A stretch of 64,000 nucleotides of DNA from Macrostomum hystrix (taxonomy: Eukaryota; Animalia; Platyhelminthes). Below, piece by piece: positions 24,545 through 35,556 of this stretch. Each line of letters begins with the position of its first letter. The stretch's first letter is position 1. A program made the translations under genes and the position numbers. The notes beneath the pieces are model-generated. The model was not told where the DNA came from, ran no database searches, and was given only the letters and a program-made list of their open reading frames with translations. Location of the stretch: positions 26,350,001 to 26,414,000 of the forward strand of contig CATNEN010000038.1 in the NCBI GenBank assembly GCA_950097015.1. The letters are read 5' to 3'.

Positions 24545-27500
24545 GCTTTAATAGGCAGCTTTTGTCAATGGTACTAACGAAAGGGGCGTCGTCAGAAAAG
24601 AACATTTTGAAATACTTAGCAACGGCAGTTCCATCCATCGGATAGCAATCCTTGAGAAAGTTTTCGACTTTAGTTCGCACAGAGTCGCGGTGGTCTGTCT
24701 CTTCCAGTGGCAAATCATCCAAAAAAATCGTCCAGAAAGCTTCAAACTTCTCGTTTAGCTCGTCTGCAGGACAGCCGACTGGCAGTTGCTCTGCAGCCTT
24801 CTTGGCCTCTATCAATACGTTTCTCTCCCACTGGCTCGGCATAGACTTCTGCTGGCTCTCAAGCAACTGCAGGTTGCACAGCTCCTTAATCTTCTGACTT
24901 GTATCAGAACCAAGAGTTTGTATGTGCTCAGACAGAGAGCTGGTCTTTCCTGCCTTCCACTGAATTGTCTGCTCACGGTAAGGATTGTCTTTGAAAAATT
25001 TTAGCAGCCGCTCATTTCCAGAATCGTAACAATCGTGCAGATGCTGATTTAAGTCTGACGTCAGACTTGCACACACACGTGTTACCTCGTCCTTGCAACT
25101 GCACTTCTTCACCATAATTAACGCATTTTTCGTCAGCCAACTGTTCAGCTTCGCCTCACATTGACGCTTGATTTCAAAGAAATCAGACTCCATGAGGCGG
25201 TAAGCCTTTATTTCAACGGTGTTTCGAAAGCTGAACACAAAGTCTTCAGACATTATGGCTGTCCATAGATCCTTGATCCTGAGAGAGAAGTCATCAAACC
25301 CACAGAAGCTCTTGTGCTCCGCATCTAAGCTGTACAGAATGTGACTTCTGATTTCTCGGACTTTGACTGAGTATCCAGGGTTCACTGGTGCCATAGGGGG
25401 ATCACCGAGCCAATAATCGGACATGTAGAAAATGTCCTTGCCACTGTCAAAGGAGATAATGTCAGAGAAACTTTGGACGCTCGTGAGCTTCTCTTCGTCG
25501 GCAGCTTCTCTGGTCATGCTGTCCAGGTCCTGTTGAATTCTAAAGTTGGCATCCTTCATTCTCTCTTTAGCGCCCACCGCAGACACATTCTGATGAATGA
25601 AGATGCACTTTCGTCGCAAATCTCGCATGCCGTTTGCCATCTTCATCTTAATGAACGCGTGAACCACAATCTGCAGGATGTCTTTCATTTCAGCCGTGTT
25701 CTCGCCTTTCAGGTTGATCACCGTAACATCGCCCAGACCAACAACTAGTGATGCCAGCTCGTTGTCATGGTGGTGCTTGTCGAGTCCCAGCTCAGGTGCT
25801 CTGAGTCCCTCCGTGTCGATCACGGCCACAAAGTCGAACGGCCTTCCGGGCTCGACGGGAACCAGCTGAAGAAAGGCTCCTCGGGTGCAGCGACCAGCGC
25901 TCACTGCGAACTTCAAGCCGAACATTGTGTTGAGCAGAGTGGACTTGCCCGAGCTCTGCAAGCCGAGCACAGAGACCGCGAAGATCTTTTTTGGTCCCAC
26001 AATCTGCTGGCAGTGGCTGAGCACTGAGGTCACCCATGTCAGTGGGATGTTGCTCGCGTCTCCGTCAAGGATCTCCAGGGGGATTCCCATGAGCAGCAGG
26101 CGGGCAAAAACTTCTGGCATTGAAGTTGAATTCTGTAAAGTCTTCTTAACCGATATCATTGGTTTTGATTCGTCTTGAAGCGCATGCTCTTTCTGAAATG
26201 AACTCGTGGCTTCAAAGTACTGAGCGACTTCTCGGAAAACATTTTCCAATCCAATGGACACGTCAAGAATTTTTCTTTCTATTTCCCCAATTGATTTCGA
26301 TAGACTTTGGATTATTTGAGCGGATTCTTTGTGTTCTTTTGAACTGTTCAGTTTTGACAAATTTTGAAACTCGTTCCGAAGCTTGTTTCGCTCCTTGTGA
26401 AGCTCTGGCAAGTTGCGTCTAGACATCTGGTCGAGCAATAATTTTTCCCACTGCAGAAGCAGCTTTGTGGGCAAGCCTTGGTCTGCCTTGAAACGGCCAA
26501 ATCGTATGTTTTTCATAAAGTCCCTTAGAAATGGGCTCAAAGTTTTACAGCAATCTAATTGCGCTAGTCTCTTTTCAGCTTTCATCGATTGGATGTTTTC
26601 CAGCTCTGTTTTGTCAGTTTTGGATGAGTTCTCTTGCTTGTGCAGCTGACTGATCTGCATCCAAATTCCTTGTAGCGGCAGATGCTCAGCTTTGAACGTA
26701 TGTATGTCTGACTTTGTTACGTGAGACACAACTTTAATTCCTGCGTCTTTTGATTCCGATAGCAGAAGATCCTGCTCATCCATATGCATTCCCGACACTA
26801 ATTCTTCTCGCTTTTCACCTAGAGTTTCATCCAGAATGGCGCCGAGTTTGTTAGATACAACGCTAAGGATTTGGTACTCATTCTTTGCGCTGTTTGGAGT
26901 AAAAGTCAGAACTATGTCTACCTTCCCTTTTAGCGATTCAAAGTTAGCGCTTTTATTAACTTTTCGGTGCTCTTTGTTGTAGATAATGAGGATGGTTTTC
27001 TTATGACAGGCTTGCAGTTTATCGATGACTTGCCGGTCATCGGGACTTTGTAGTTTGCTGATGTCCACCAGCAGGACGACAATATCAAAGATGTCAACTA
27101 TCGCTTTAAACTGATCGCGGTGTTCCATAAGGTCTCCGCGCAGGTTTCCTACTAAGAAAGGCTTTCTAAAGGTGAGGTTGTCCGCAGACTGGCTTTCCGG
27201 TGGCAGGAAGACAGAACCCTCGACCAGACCGTTTGTGATCTCGCGCCTCAAATCTCCACCGTTGCAGTCTCGGTGGAAATAGGTGTCCAGACTGTTCCTA
27301 GATAGAAGACTATTTAGCAGCTTCGATTTAGACGCGCCGATTTCCCCTATTCTAGCGAAACAGACAGCCGGGAACGGATGATCAGACACCAAACTCGTTT
27401 CTACAAGTTCGCCCAGGCTATCTTGGTATTCGACAACAATGTCTCTGAGGCTCCACTGGCTCAAAGTGAGGCGACCCTGACAGCTTGTATAGATGAGCGG

Positions 27501-28052
27501 AAACGCCAGTTTGCAGGCGAACAAGGCTTTGCACAGGATCTGCTGCAACTCTGGGTCGCAGCACAGAAAGCACGCTTGCAGTACGTCCATGGGATGCGGA
27601 CTGCTCGATTCAGTGTCTTCCTTGTTGCAGAAAGGATCCTCATCAGCGTCACTTGCGTCAGTCCTGCACGATTTGTCTCTTGCCGTTCTGTCGAAGCCAA
27701 TAATGCCTTTGAGCACAACCCATGGAAGCTTATCAAGTGCTAGGTTTGACTGGTTTTTATTTTCGCTACTTTCACTACTCGATACTCGTCCGATATCTGA
27801 AAATGAAATCTTGTTTGGCCAAAATTTCTCGAGTTGTAGCGCAGTGATGATTTCTGGAGTCGCTCTTCTGGCCTCTGCCCCGATTGAGTGAGCATTTTGC
27901 TGTTTAGAGCAACACTGATTCTGCCTTGTTGTTGCGCCGCCTTCCGTAGTTTTGGCAGAAAACTTGTTTTCAATAATTAGCAAATGTGGCCCAGCTGATT
28001 TTGCTCCGTCTGCATCCTCCTGCTTTGGGGAGTTTTTCGGGAAAAAGTTCAT
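24480..28052 (-). CDS. GVIN1: Very large inducible GTPase (GVIN1/VLIG, URGCP family), N-terminal and GTPase part
   Basis: G1 GLQSSGKS, TLLNTMFGLKFAVSAGRCTRG, G3 DTEGL, HDNELA, FIHQNV, WLGDPPMAPVNPGYS, FVFSFRN; upstream degenerate P-loop RIGEIGASKSKLLN; HPMDVLQACFLCCD and CKLAFPL are typical of this family. Confidence 0.92.
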   Translation of the reverse strand: MNFFPKNSPKQEDADGAKSAGPHLLIIENKFSAKTTEGGATTRQNQCCSKQQNAHSIGAEARRATPEIITALQLEKFWPNKISFSDIGRVSSSESSENKNQSNLALDKLPWVVLKGIIGFDRTARDKSCRTDASDADEDPFCNKEDTESSSPHPMDVLQACFLCCDPELQQILCKALFACKLAFPLIYTSCQGRLTLSQWSLRDIVVEYQDSLGELVETSLVSDHPFPAVCFARIGEIGASKSKLLNSLLSRNSLDTYFHRDCNGGDLRREITNGLVEGSVFLPPESQSADNLTFRKPFLVGNLRGDLMEHRDQFKAIVDIFDIVVLLVDISKLQSPDDRQVIDKLQACHKKTILIIYNKEHRKVNKSANFESLKGKVDIVLTFTPNSAKNEYQILSVVSNKLGAILDETLGEKREELVSGMHMDEQDLLLSESKDAGIKVVSHVTKSDIHTFKAEHLPLQGIWMQISQLHKQENSSKTDKTELENIQSMKAEKRLAQLDCCKTLSPFLRDFMKNIRFGRFKADQGLPTKLLLQWEKLLLDQMSRRNLPELHKERNKLRNEFQNLSKLNSSKEHKESAQIIQSLSKSIGEIERKILDVSIGLENVFREVAQYFEATSSFQKEHALQDESKPMISVKKTLQNSTSMPEVFARLLLMGIPLEILDGDASNIPLTWVTSVLSHCQQIVGPKKIFAVSVLGLQSSGKSTLLNTMFGLKFAVSAGRCTRGAFLQLVPVEPGRPFDFVAVIDTEGLRAPELGLDKHHHDNELASLVVGLGDVTVINLKGENTAEMKDILQIVVHAFIKMKMANGMRDLRRKCIFIHQNVSAVGAKERMKDANFRIQQDLDSMTREAADEEKLTSVQSFSDIISFDSGKDIFYMSDYWLGDPPMAPVNPGYSVKVREIRSHILYSLDAEHKSFCGFDDFSLRIKDLWTAIMSEDFVFSFRNTVEIKAYRLMESDFFEIKRQCEAKLNSWLTKNALIMVKKCSCKDEVTRVCASLTSDLNQHLHDCYDSGNERLLKFFKDNPYREQTIQWKAGKTSSLSEHIQTLGSDTSQKIKELCNLQLLESQQKSMPSQWERNVLIEAKKAAEQLPVGCPADELNEKFEAFWTIFLDDLPLEETDHRDSVRTKVENFLKDCYPMDGTAVAKYFKMFFSDDAPFVSTIDKSCLLKHEDLSFLDEDSADLPSSQSPN

Positions 28053-28480
28053 TTGTGAAAATGCGAAGACTATATTGTACGTGGAATAATAAATAATCTT
28101 AATAGAGTTAGACTGAGTTAGACTGAAGTAGATCTAAAAGATCTAAAGATCTGAGGCTGCCTCTTGCTGGTCGACAAGTCAAGGACCACTAGGAGTAGTG
28201 GTCCTTGCGGCAAGTAACTGAATTTAGCAAGTGTGCAGCAATTGGAAATCTAATTATCTCAGACAGTTTCACTGCTCGAAAGCAAAGATTCCCCCAAAGG
28301 CCCTATGGTCAGTACTGGGTCGCTGTGAGAGAAACGATTCAGACTACTGACAACAGTAGAAAAGCAAAGACTTGGCTGCAAAACTCTCGCATAACACAAA
28401 AAATTATCGCCATAAAAAATGTCAAGGTTACAAAAGAGACTTCTATGCACACTAAGAGTGATGGGAGAGGACTGCGTGTA

Positions 28481-28531
28481 GCAATGGCTGACTGACGAAG
28501 GTAAACAAGCCAGAAACCGGTCTCGGTCTGC
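28481..28531 (+). ncRNA. Candidate type I (minimal) hammerhead ribozyme
   Basis: GGCUGA-CUGACGA-A-GGU aaacaa GCC-A-GAAA-CCGGUC-UCGGUC: conserved core, stem II GGU/GCC, palindromic stem III ACCGGU, GUC triplet, stem I GGCUGA/UCGGUC. Confidence 0.6.
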
Positions 28532-29263
28532 CAGCGCGAGTTTCGTTCCTCACTTTTAGTGTGTTACAAACCATGGGGGTTAAGCCCAATCGCTTGCAAA
28601 TCAGTTGAATTAAACAGTTTCAGTTAAACTGAAAAGACTCAGTTTAGAGTCCCTCTTGGCCATAGACCATAGACTAATTAGAGACAGCCTCACCTCAGCA
28701 GCCTCGTCGCCCTCCATGATTTCGCGGCTGAAAGACAGGTTTGTCTCAAAACACTGAGCGCTCGAAGCAGTTGTGATTGCAGCGGCTTAAAGTCTGCAAC
28801 TGCACAAAAATGTATTTACATTGTGTAAGATCTTACCATTTTATTACAGATAATGTTCATATTAAGATAGCTTTAGACAGTTTGAGACATGCTGCTATGG
28901 AATAAATGCAAAACATCAAAACTTCAACCAGCACAATTGTCGGAAATGCTTCCTCCAGAATTATTTCTCGTCGTTTCTTTCGACTCTCCTCTTTCCTCTC
29001 ATGCTTACCGATTATAGTTAATCAGTACGTTTCACTGCACTTTAATTGTTCGCCTTCTATCGTCCTTTTGGCCCATAGGCTACGCATCCTGCCCGCCCCC
29101 TTGTTAACTCAATCGTTGTCTGTTTTAATTCCTTGCTCGGTACAGTTCCCCTTTAGTTGCTTCTAGTGCGCACTAAGCCAACTAATTCTTTCGTTCCAAA
29201 TGCTTTTCGCTTCTTAACGTTTAAATACAAGCAAGGAAATTTTGTCCCAAGTGACAACAATAA

Positions 29264-29381
29264 ACAATGAGTAAATAAACAGCGGCCCCAGTGCGTGACA
29301 ACGATAGTTATTTGCTCGCGCCTACCAGCGCTCGCAAAACAATCGTTGTCACGCACTGGGGCCGCTGTTTCTTTTCATTGT
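29264..29381. repeat. Long perfect inverted repeat (29-bp arms) with central CTCG...CTCG mini-hairpin; Crypton-like end
   Basis: Arms 29277-29305 and 29342-29370 are exact reverse complements; outer 7-bp pair ACAATGA/TCATTGT. Confidence 0.85.
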
Positions 29382-30066
29382 ATCGCTATTAGACGATCAA
29401 ATCGTATGAACTGTCTGTGGCATAGAAAAGTGCAGAGACGCTCGTAGCAGGGGGGTGTGAAGAAAACTTGAAGAAAACTTTGATGTCTATGGTAGAGTGT
29501 ATTCATACCTCTTCTCATCTAGGTTCAATGCCGAATGGCAAACAAACAATGAATTGTAACGCATAAAAACTACAAATAATGATCGTCAAATAGTGATACA
29601 ATGTACAATTAAATGGCGAAAGACTATATAAATTAGTTCCAAAAGTATCCCATGGCTTTGCGTAAAATGACCTGAGATGTCGCAGATTCATTAAAGTTAA
29701 ATTCAAAGGCGAAGTGGTACTTCATTAGGCTAATGAAAAAGCGGTTCATGGTTCATATTAACAGACTCACTAACGCTGGTGACTCTGCAGTCGAGCATGC
29801 AGTAATACAAATTTGTCCGAAAAACTCGACGCGAATGTGCAATGCAGGCTAACAGCGGTCATTCCACTTGATGATTGGTCATTATACTCGCACTAATGGC
29901 GCTTTAAATACGAGCCAGTCTGAAGCTGGTCTCTATGCAAAGTGTCTCGAGCACGCGCTGTACTCGTGGCTACCGCGGTATGGTCGAACTATTACTTTGT
30001 ATTCACTTTCTGGGTCTGCTCTTCTTTCAAAGCAGAACGCATCTTTTGTTAAGAATGGGCTAAAGA

Positions 30067-32499
30067 CATGGATGAATAATATAACTGGATCGCCAGAAGC
30101 TCGATTTTTTTGGTCCTAGCCATAGACAAGCACCAGCATCACAAGAAGCTCAGAATGCCGTACTTTCACACATAGACAAATTGCCGCTGCAGAAGCTGCA
30201 AACCTTTATTTATAAGTATACTTAGTAGGATAAGTGAAACTATTGCAAATGTGAAGGCAAGCAAAGAAGAAAACGAATATGTAAGGGAATTAATACAAAA
30301 CAGACACGAAAGCAGGCAAGTAAGCAAACAAGCACGTAGACAGACAGCAAACAAACAAACAATAAAAGGCGAAAACAAACAGCCAAATGAGTTGCAAGCA
30401 AACCGCGCAAGACAAAGGAGAGTCAAGTAAAGACAATAAATTCAAGGCGTCACCCGCACAATGCTAATTTGAAGTCACTGACCCATGAAAATAATTTTTT
30501 TTGTTAGCATCTGACGCACAGTTGTTGTGTTCACAGCGTTAAGCCTCCGAAGTACATGCCGCAACCGAATGCAAAGATATTTCTTAGAAATCGCCTGCAC
30601 TAGAAAATATTGATGGTTTTCTTCGGGTGCTCTATTGCTGCAAACGTGAGCGAAGAGTGACAACTCGATACCCTGTTGGATGCAGATTGGAAGTAGACGA
30701 TCGAGTATGTCTAGAGACAGTTCGTCAGTTCTGACTCCTTTCACAGCCGACTCGCAAATGTTCGCCAGTCGGCAAAGTGATGCTGATGGTCGAAAAAGAC
30801 GACCGCGATCTTTGAGAGTAGTAAGCAGGTTGGTGTGCATCTCGCAATGAAGAGATGCCTTGCAGTTTTCGCAAGACAGTCTGTTTGTAAGCCATCTGCC
30901 AATGAATCCAGCGATGTAGCAGCCGACATTCTGGCTAATGAGGCTGAGTGCTAATTGCGGTGGATCCTCGATTTCATCTTGTACACTGGCAGAAGCAGAG
31001 GTGGAGAGTCCAGGCGGAGGTGAAATCTGTGTCGAGAGGGACCAGTGCCCGACAGATCCAGTCCTGTGCGCCAAAATCGCCCGATAAGCGTACCTGAACT
31101 GCTGAACGTTCGGATTGCGATCTGGTTGCGAACCGATTTGGAAATAAGGACTAGACGGCAGCTCAGCTCCAAGTTTCCTGTACGTCGCAAGGTTCGCAGA
31201 GCAACCGTCCGACACGAGCGCGCGTACAACGACGCCCTCATCGTTCATTGCGCTAATAGTACGCGTCAAAAGCTCCACTTGTTGAACCGGGGATGTTGCA
31301 GCGGCCAAAATGTAGGCAACTGGCACTTTCCACGGGCGCTGAAGATGGCAGGCCATGACAACGATTGCCTCAGAAGCAAGTTTGTGACCTAAATTTTCAT
31401 GGATCCCTGAGTCACAATAGCCGACCACTCTTCCTTCGCTAGCTTCCCAACACAACTCCTTTCGAAGATGCATGCCATCAATGACTAGAGTCCAGTCGTT
31501 GCAAGCGACGCCATCGAAGATCTGTTTCGATAGGGCTCCAACCTTCTTGACTCCAGCAATGGAAATGCCAGGCCTGCCATCCACTGCTCCAATCCAAGAC
31601 CGCAAGGTTGACGGCGAAGGGAGGTGCATGAATTTTCTCAACTCTCGATATGCTTTTGGAGAGCAGAAGTTGATCCTCTCGGCGAAGTCTTTGACGTGGT
31701 TATTGAAACCACCTGCGGTATTTCGTGGTTGTAAAGAAAACAGCTTGAGACCTTCAGAAGTCAACATTTGCTTTACATGTTTTAAGGTCGCTTCGGTACT
31801 TTTCCATTTTGCAACGCGTGGACCAAAAGTCTTAATCGTGCGCTTCTTGTGCTTCAGCCGCATCAACAGGCGCTGTCGGGTGTTTGGTGGTGGGTCGACT
31901 GATGTGCGTGTGGTTGCCGCGCTGCAACTGACAGGCATCGGCATCTCAAACTCACAGTCTCCAGTAGCTTCGTTTGCATAAGAGTTTGGATCGTGGAAGT
32001 CAGTGAGCTCTTGCGGTTCAAGCTTAGTCCACTCAAGCTTCGGAACTGCGCCAGTCATCAGTCGCTTGCTCCTCCCATGAGCCTGCATGTCTCGCTGCTC
32101 GAAGTGCAGCTCACAAAGGAACTTACGAGCTCCGAATTTGAAATGTGGCTTTGCTTGCACATTGCTGTTCCACTGCGCTAGTCGATACGGATCACCGATT
32201 GGATAAGAAAAAAGGGTGACAGGTTTCGTGCCTTGTCCACTTTTGGATAGGCATCCGATTGCAGCACAAATTCTGACGTCCTTATTCATCTCGCGAAGCC
32301 ATCTTTTGCCGCCCTGCATATATTGCGAGCATGTGCTTGGACATAAAATGGAATATTTCATAAATAAAGGTTTCTGCAGCGGCAATTTGTCTATGTGTGA
32401 AAGTACGGCATTCTGAGCTTCTTGTGATGCTGGTGCTTGTCTATGGCTAGGACCAAAAAAATCGAGCTTCTGGCGATCCAGTTATATTATTCATCCATG
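30067..32499 (-). mobile_element. P-superfamily DNA transposon, 2433 bp, 128-bp perfect TIRs, 8-bp TSD GCTAAAGA
   Basis: TIRs 30067-30194 and 32372-32499 start with CATG; TSD at 30059-30066 and 32500-32507; encodes a THAP transposase. Confidence 0.96.
30475..32290 (-). CDS. THAP9/P-element transposase-derived protein with in-frame internal deletion
   Basis: C2CH THAP (CAAIGC...W...LCELHF...AVPKL), SPKAYRELRKFMHLPSPSTLRSW, LVIDGM, VSDGCSAN, then directly NPNVQQFRYAYRAIL and C-terminal YIAGF..CENC..GRLFRPS. Start codon uncertain. Confidence 0.9.
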
Positions 32500-35265
32500 G
32501 CTAAAGAGCGGTATTGTATGTCACGCCGTTGAATCTTTTGTGGCCGCGGCTTACGCTCGTATAGTTATTTTGACATTAAATTATTTGGATTGTATAGCGT
32601 CTGCGTGTACATATCTGCCTGAGTGGTCACTAATGCGACTTATTATAAATATTATCGAGATTTAAGTTTTGTGGCAGCCTTCAAAGATTGTCAAGTTTTT
32701 TTTCTAATTTTATCGCTACAATTTATACTTTTAATGATTTCTGCGATGCCTTCTTTAATTAATTCTCGCTAATTAATTTGCTTTAAATAGATTTCGATTT
32801 GCTTAAATCGTTCCTGTTAGCATTCATGCAGGCAAACTACCAAGAGAAATTTAATTAAATTAAAAAAATCAAACTTTTCAGTTTGAATTCAGAAATTCAA
32901 ACCCCCTTAGTATATCATTAACGGGCGGCAAAATAGTTGGCAGTCCTGTTGCGAGTAAACGAGAACTTATAAGCTTCTGACAAATGACGAACTTCTTTAT
33001 TTTTTATCAACAAAAGCTGTTCTAGTTCATTGTGACAATAAAATAAATTTCTTATATTTAGTGATTAAAAAGTAAGTTTAAGAGACCCTTTGCGAATGAT
33101 GCGGGTTCAACAAAAGACTGCGATCAGAGTAAAGACTGCAGAGCGAGAAAAACTAACAGAGAGAGACAGGCTCTGATGACAGAGACAGTAGCTTGCGATG
33201 CCGAAAAAATGCTGCTCACTCAGTTTGTTAATAGAAAAAGGCCAATTCATGGGACTGCTACAAAATGAAGTTTAGTTCGGGCGCTTACTGAGCAAAGTCT
33301 ACTCTCATCAAGCTTTATTCTCCGAAAATGAGCGGTCACTCGTTGTTTAAATGCGGAAAACGTTTTCGTATCGTATGAGATTGCCCATGCAGACATCAGC
33401 CACTGTCTTACAGATAAGAAAATAAACACTAAAGAAATGAATGACTGAAAAATGCAAAACTTAAATGTTTTGTTAAAAGTGCTTCAATCTGGTTTGTACC
33501 ACAATTGGTGAGACAAACGTGAAAGTACAATACGATAGTAGTTTAGATGTAGATGAGATCGACTGGATAGAAAAAATATGAGAGATTTTTTCCGACTGTG
33601 TGAATCGTGGTTTGGTTAATAACTTCTCTGTTTTGCACGCATTAGTAAAAGAGATAATACACAGTCAGTGAGTCCATTTCTAACTGAGTCAGTCAGGAAT
33701 CAGAATCAGGCTCGCTGTCTGCGGGTTTAGTGTCACTAAATGGTGTGCCATAGTCTCTAGTCTAGCTGCAACAAATTATTCAAAAAAGGGAGATTTTGCC
33801 ATTTAAAATGGACATCATGCAGGACGCAATATTGCTTGTTGAATCATCAGCGTGCAATAATGCCTTCTTCTGTCTATGACGGAGCCGCAATGGCATGGCT
33901 ATAGTCAATATGATAATATTATTGAGGCATGGGGCTTGTGAGAGAGTTATACTCGTAGTTATAGTTATATAACTAGTTATACTACATTGGTCCTAGACGT
34001 TAACAACACTCTAAAGTTAGTGTCATCATACATTTCCCACAGCTCTTCCCTTACTTTTAACAAGAATTAGAAGCCCTTTTGGTACATGCAGCTGTGCACA
34101 TAAGTGATCATGATACTTGGTGGTATTATACGTAATTGAGATTGAAAATGTGATTCAGTAAGACTTCGGTTCTCGTAATAGCAAGCAAAGTAAAAAAAGT
34201 TTACTGCTAAAGAGGGCAACCATTAAAATAAAAAAAATATTGTAAAATGCTTTGACTACTAAACTACACAGAGAAAAGTTTCGTAACTTACATATGCAAT
34301 ACGGTATTTTTTGTAAATGTGTATTATTATATTATACATTATTATATATTATACGTTCACTTAAGGTAAATATACAATTGCATGTTTTACAAGAAACAAG
34401 AATAGGCATAGCCGTTATTTCTTTTTAGGTCTACTTATTATTAAGTAAATCGTCTTTATATAAAGTCTACATAACTATTAGTCTGTTGTAAAACTAAATA
34501 TTTTTTTCATTTATTAATATTAATTCTATAGGATATATATGATTACACTAGGCCCTACACTTATAAGGTTATATATGTCACTAATAACCTGAAATATGTA
34601 ATAAATGTAAGAAGTAACTATTATTTGTAACGAAACTACAATCCCGAATATCTAAAGGATAAGTCGCTATAATCCATCAACTCTAAAAATACTGAAAAAT
34701 TTCAATGGGTTGAAATTCTTCTTAAAATATTTTTTCTCTAATTGGATTAGGCCCTAATTTATAATAATAATATATGAGAGGTGTTCCAAAAGTATTTTCC
34801 CTTTTGAACATAGCTTCTGCTATGCTGTTCCAATTTTATTGAAGTTTTTGTAACTTGGCAACTTAACTATCAGTTCAGATTTTTTGTTAAAAAAAATCTT
34901 TGTAACCTTGTGTTTCAAACAAACAGCAGATTATTTCAAACAATATACATGACAATAGAGTTACATAGATTAAACAAGTTAGGGTTGATATTGCAATCAG
35001 CAAAATACAAATGAAACAATGCTTGCTGTGATCATTTTCTGCCAAAAGATTGATCACTTATCATTCATCACTGTCAAGAGTAGCAGAAGCTTTCTCCACA
35101 AAGCCATTGCAAGATAGATGCATTTGTGCTATTAGTAGTGAAAGGCATCATCAATGGCACCAGTGAAGGCACATCTCATGCAATAGGCAGCAGCAAACCT
35201 CCCATTCTAGGTCATGTTGACAAGTAAACATACAGCCTCTTAGGAGTCTCTTAGATATAAAAACT

Positions 35266-35556
35266 GGTGATTTCTTAGTTTCCCGCGTTAAATTATTTTT
35301 TTTTGCTTTTTCCATCGGGAGCTGACTGTCCTCTTTGACACGTACCTACAAGAGTACATGTGGCGCCGCCAGTTTCTGCATAAGCAGTTTGGCAACATCA
35401 TGTTCTGGATTGCGCACTACTACCCCGCTGTCTGACATCCCTGACATCCCATCTATGGCCCCTGGACTTTTATATATGGACTTGGACTTCTTATTGCTTA
35501 ATTGCTTATTGCTTGGACTTACAAAATAATTTAACGCGGGAAACTAAGAAATCACC
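35266..35556 (+). mobile_element. Merlin (IS1595/ISXO2-like) non-autonomous element, 291 bp
   Basis: 34-bp perfect TIRs beginning GG; 8-bp TSD TAAAAACT (35258-35265, 35557-35564); internal TYLQEYMWRRQFLHKQFGNIMFWIAHYYP resembles a Merlin transposase C-terminus. Confidence 0.88.

Noticed and set aside
28660-29492. CATAGAC...GTCTATG bounded MITE
   Set aside because: Only 7 bp of terminal match and no TSD.
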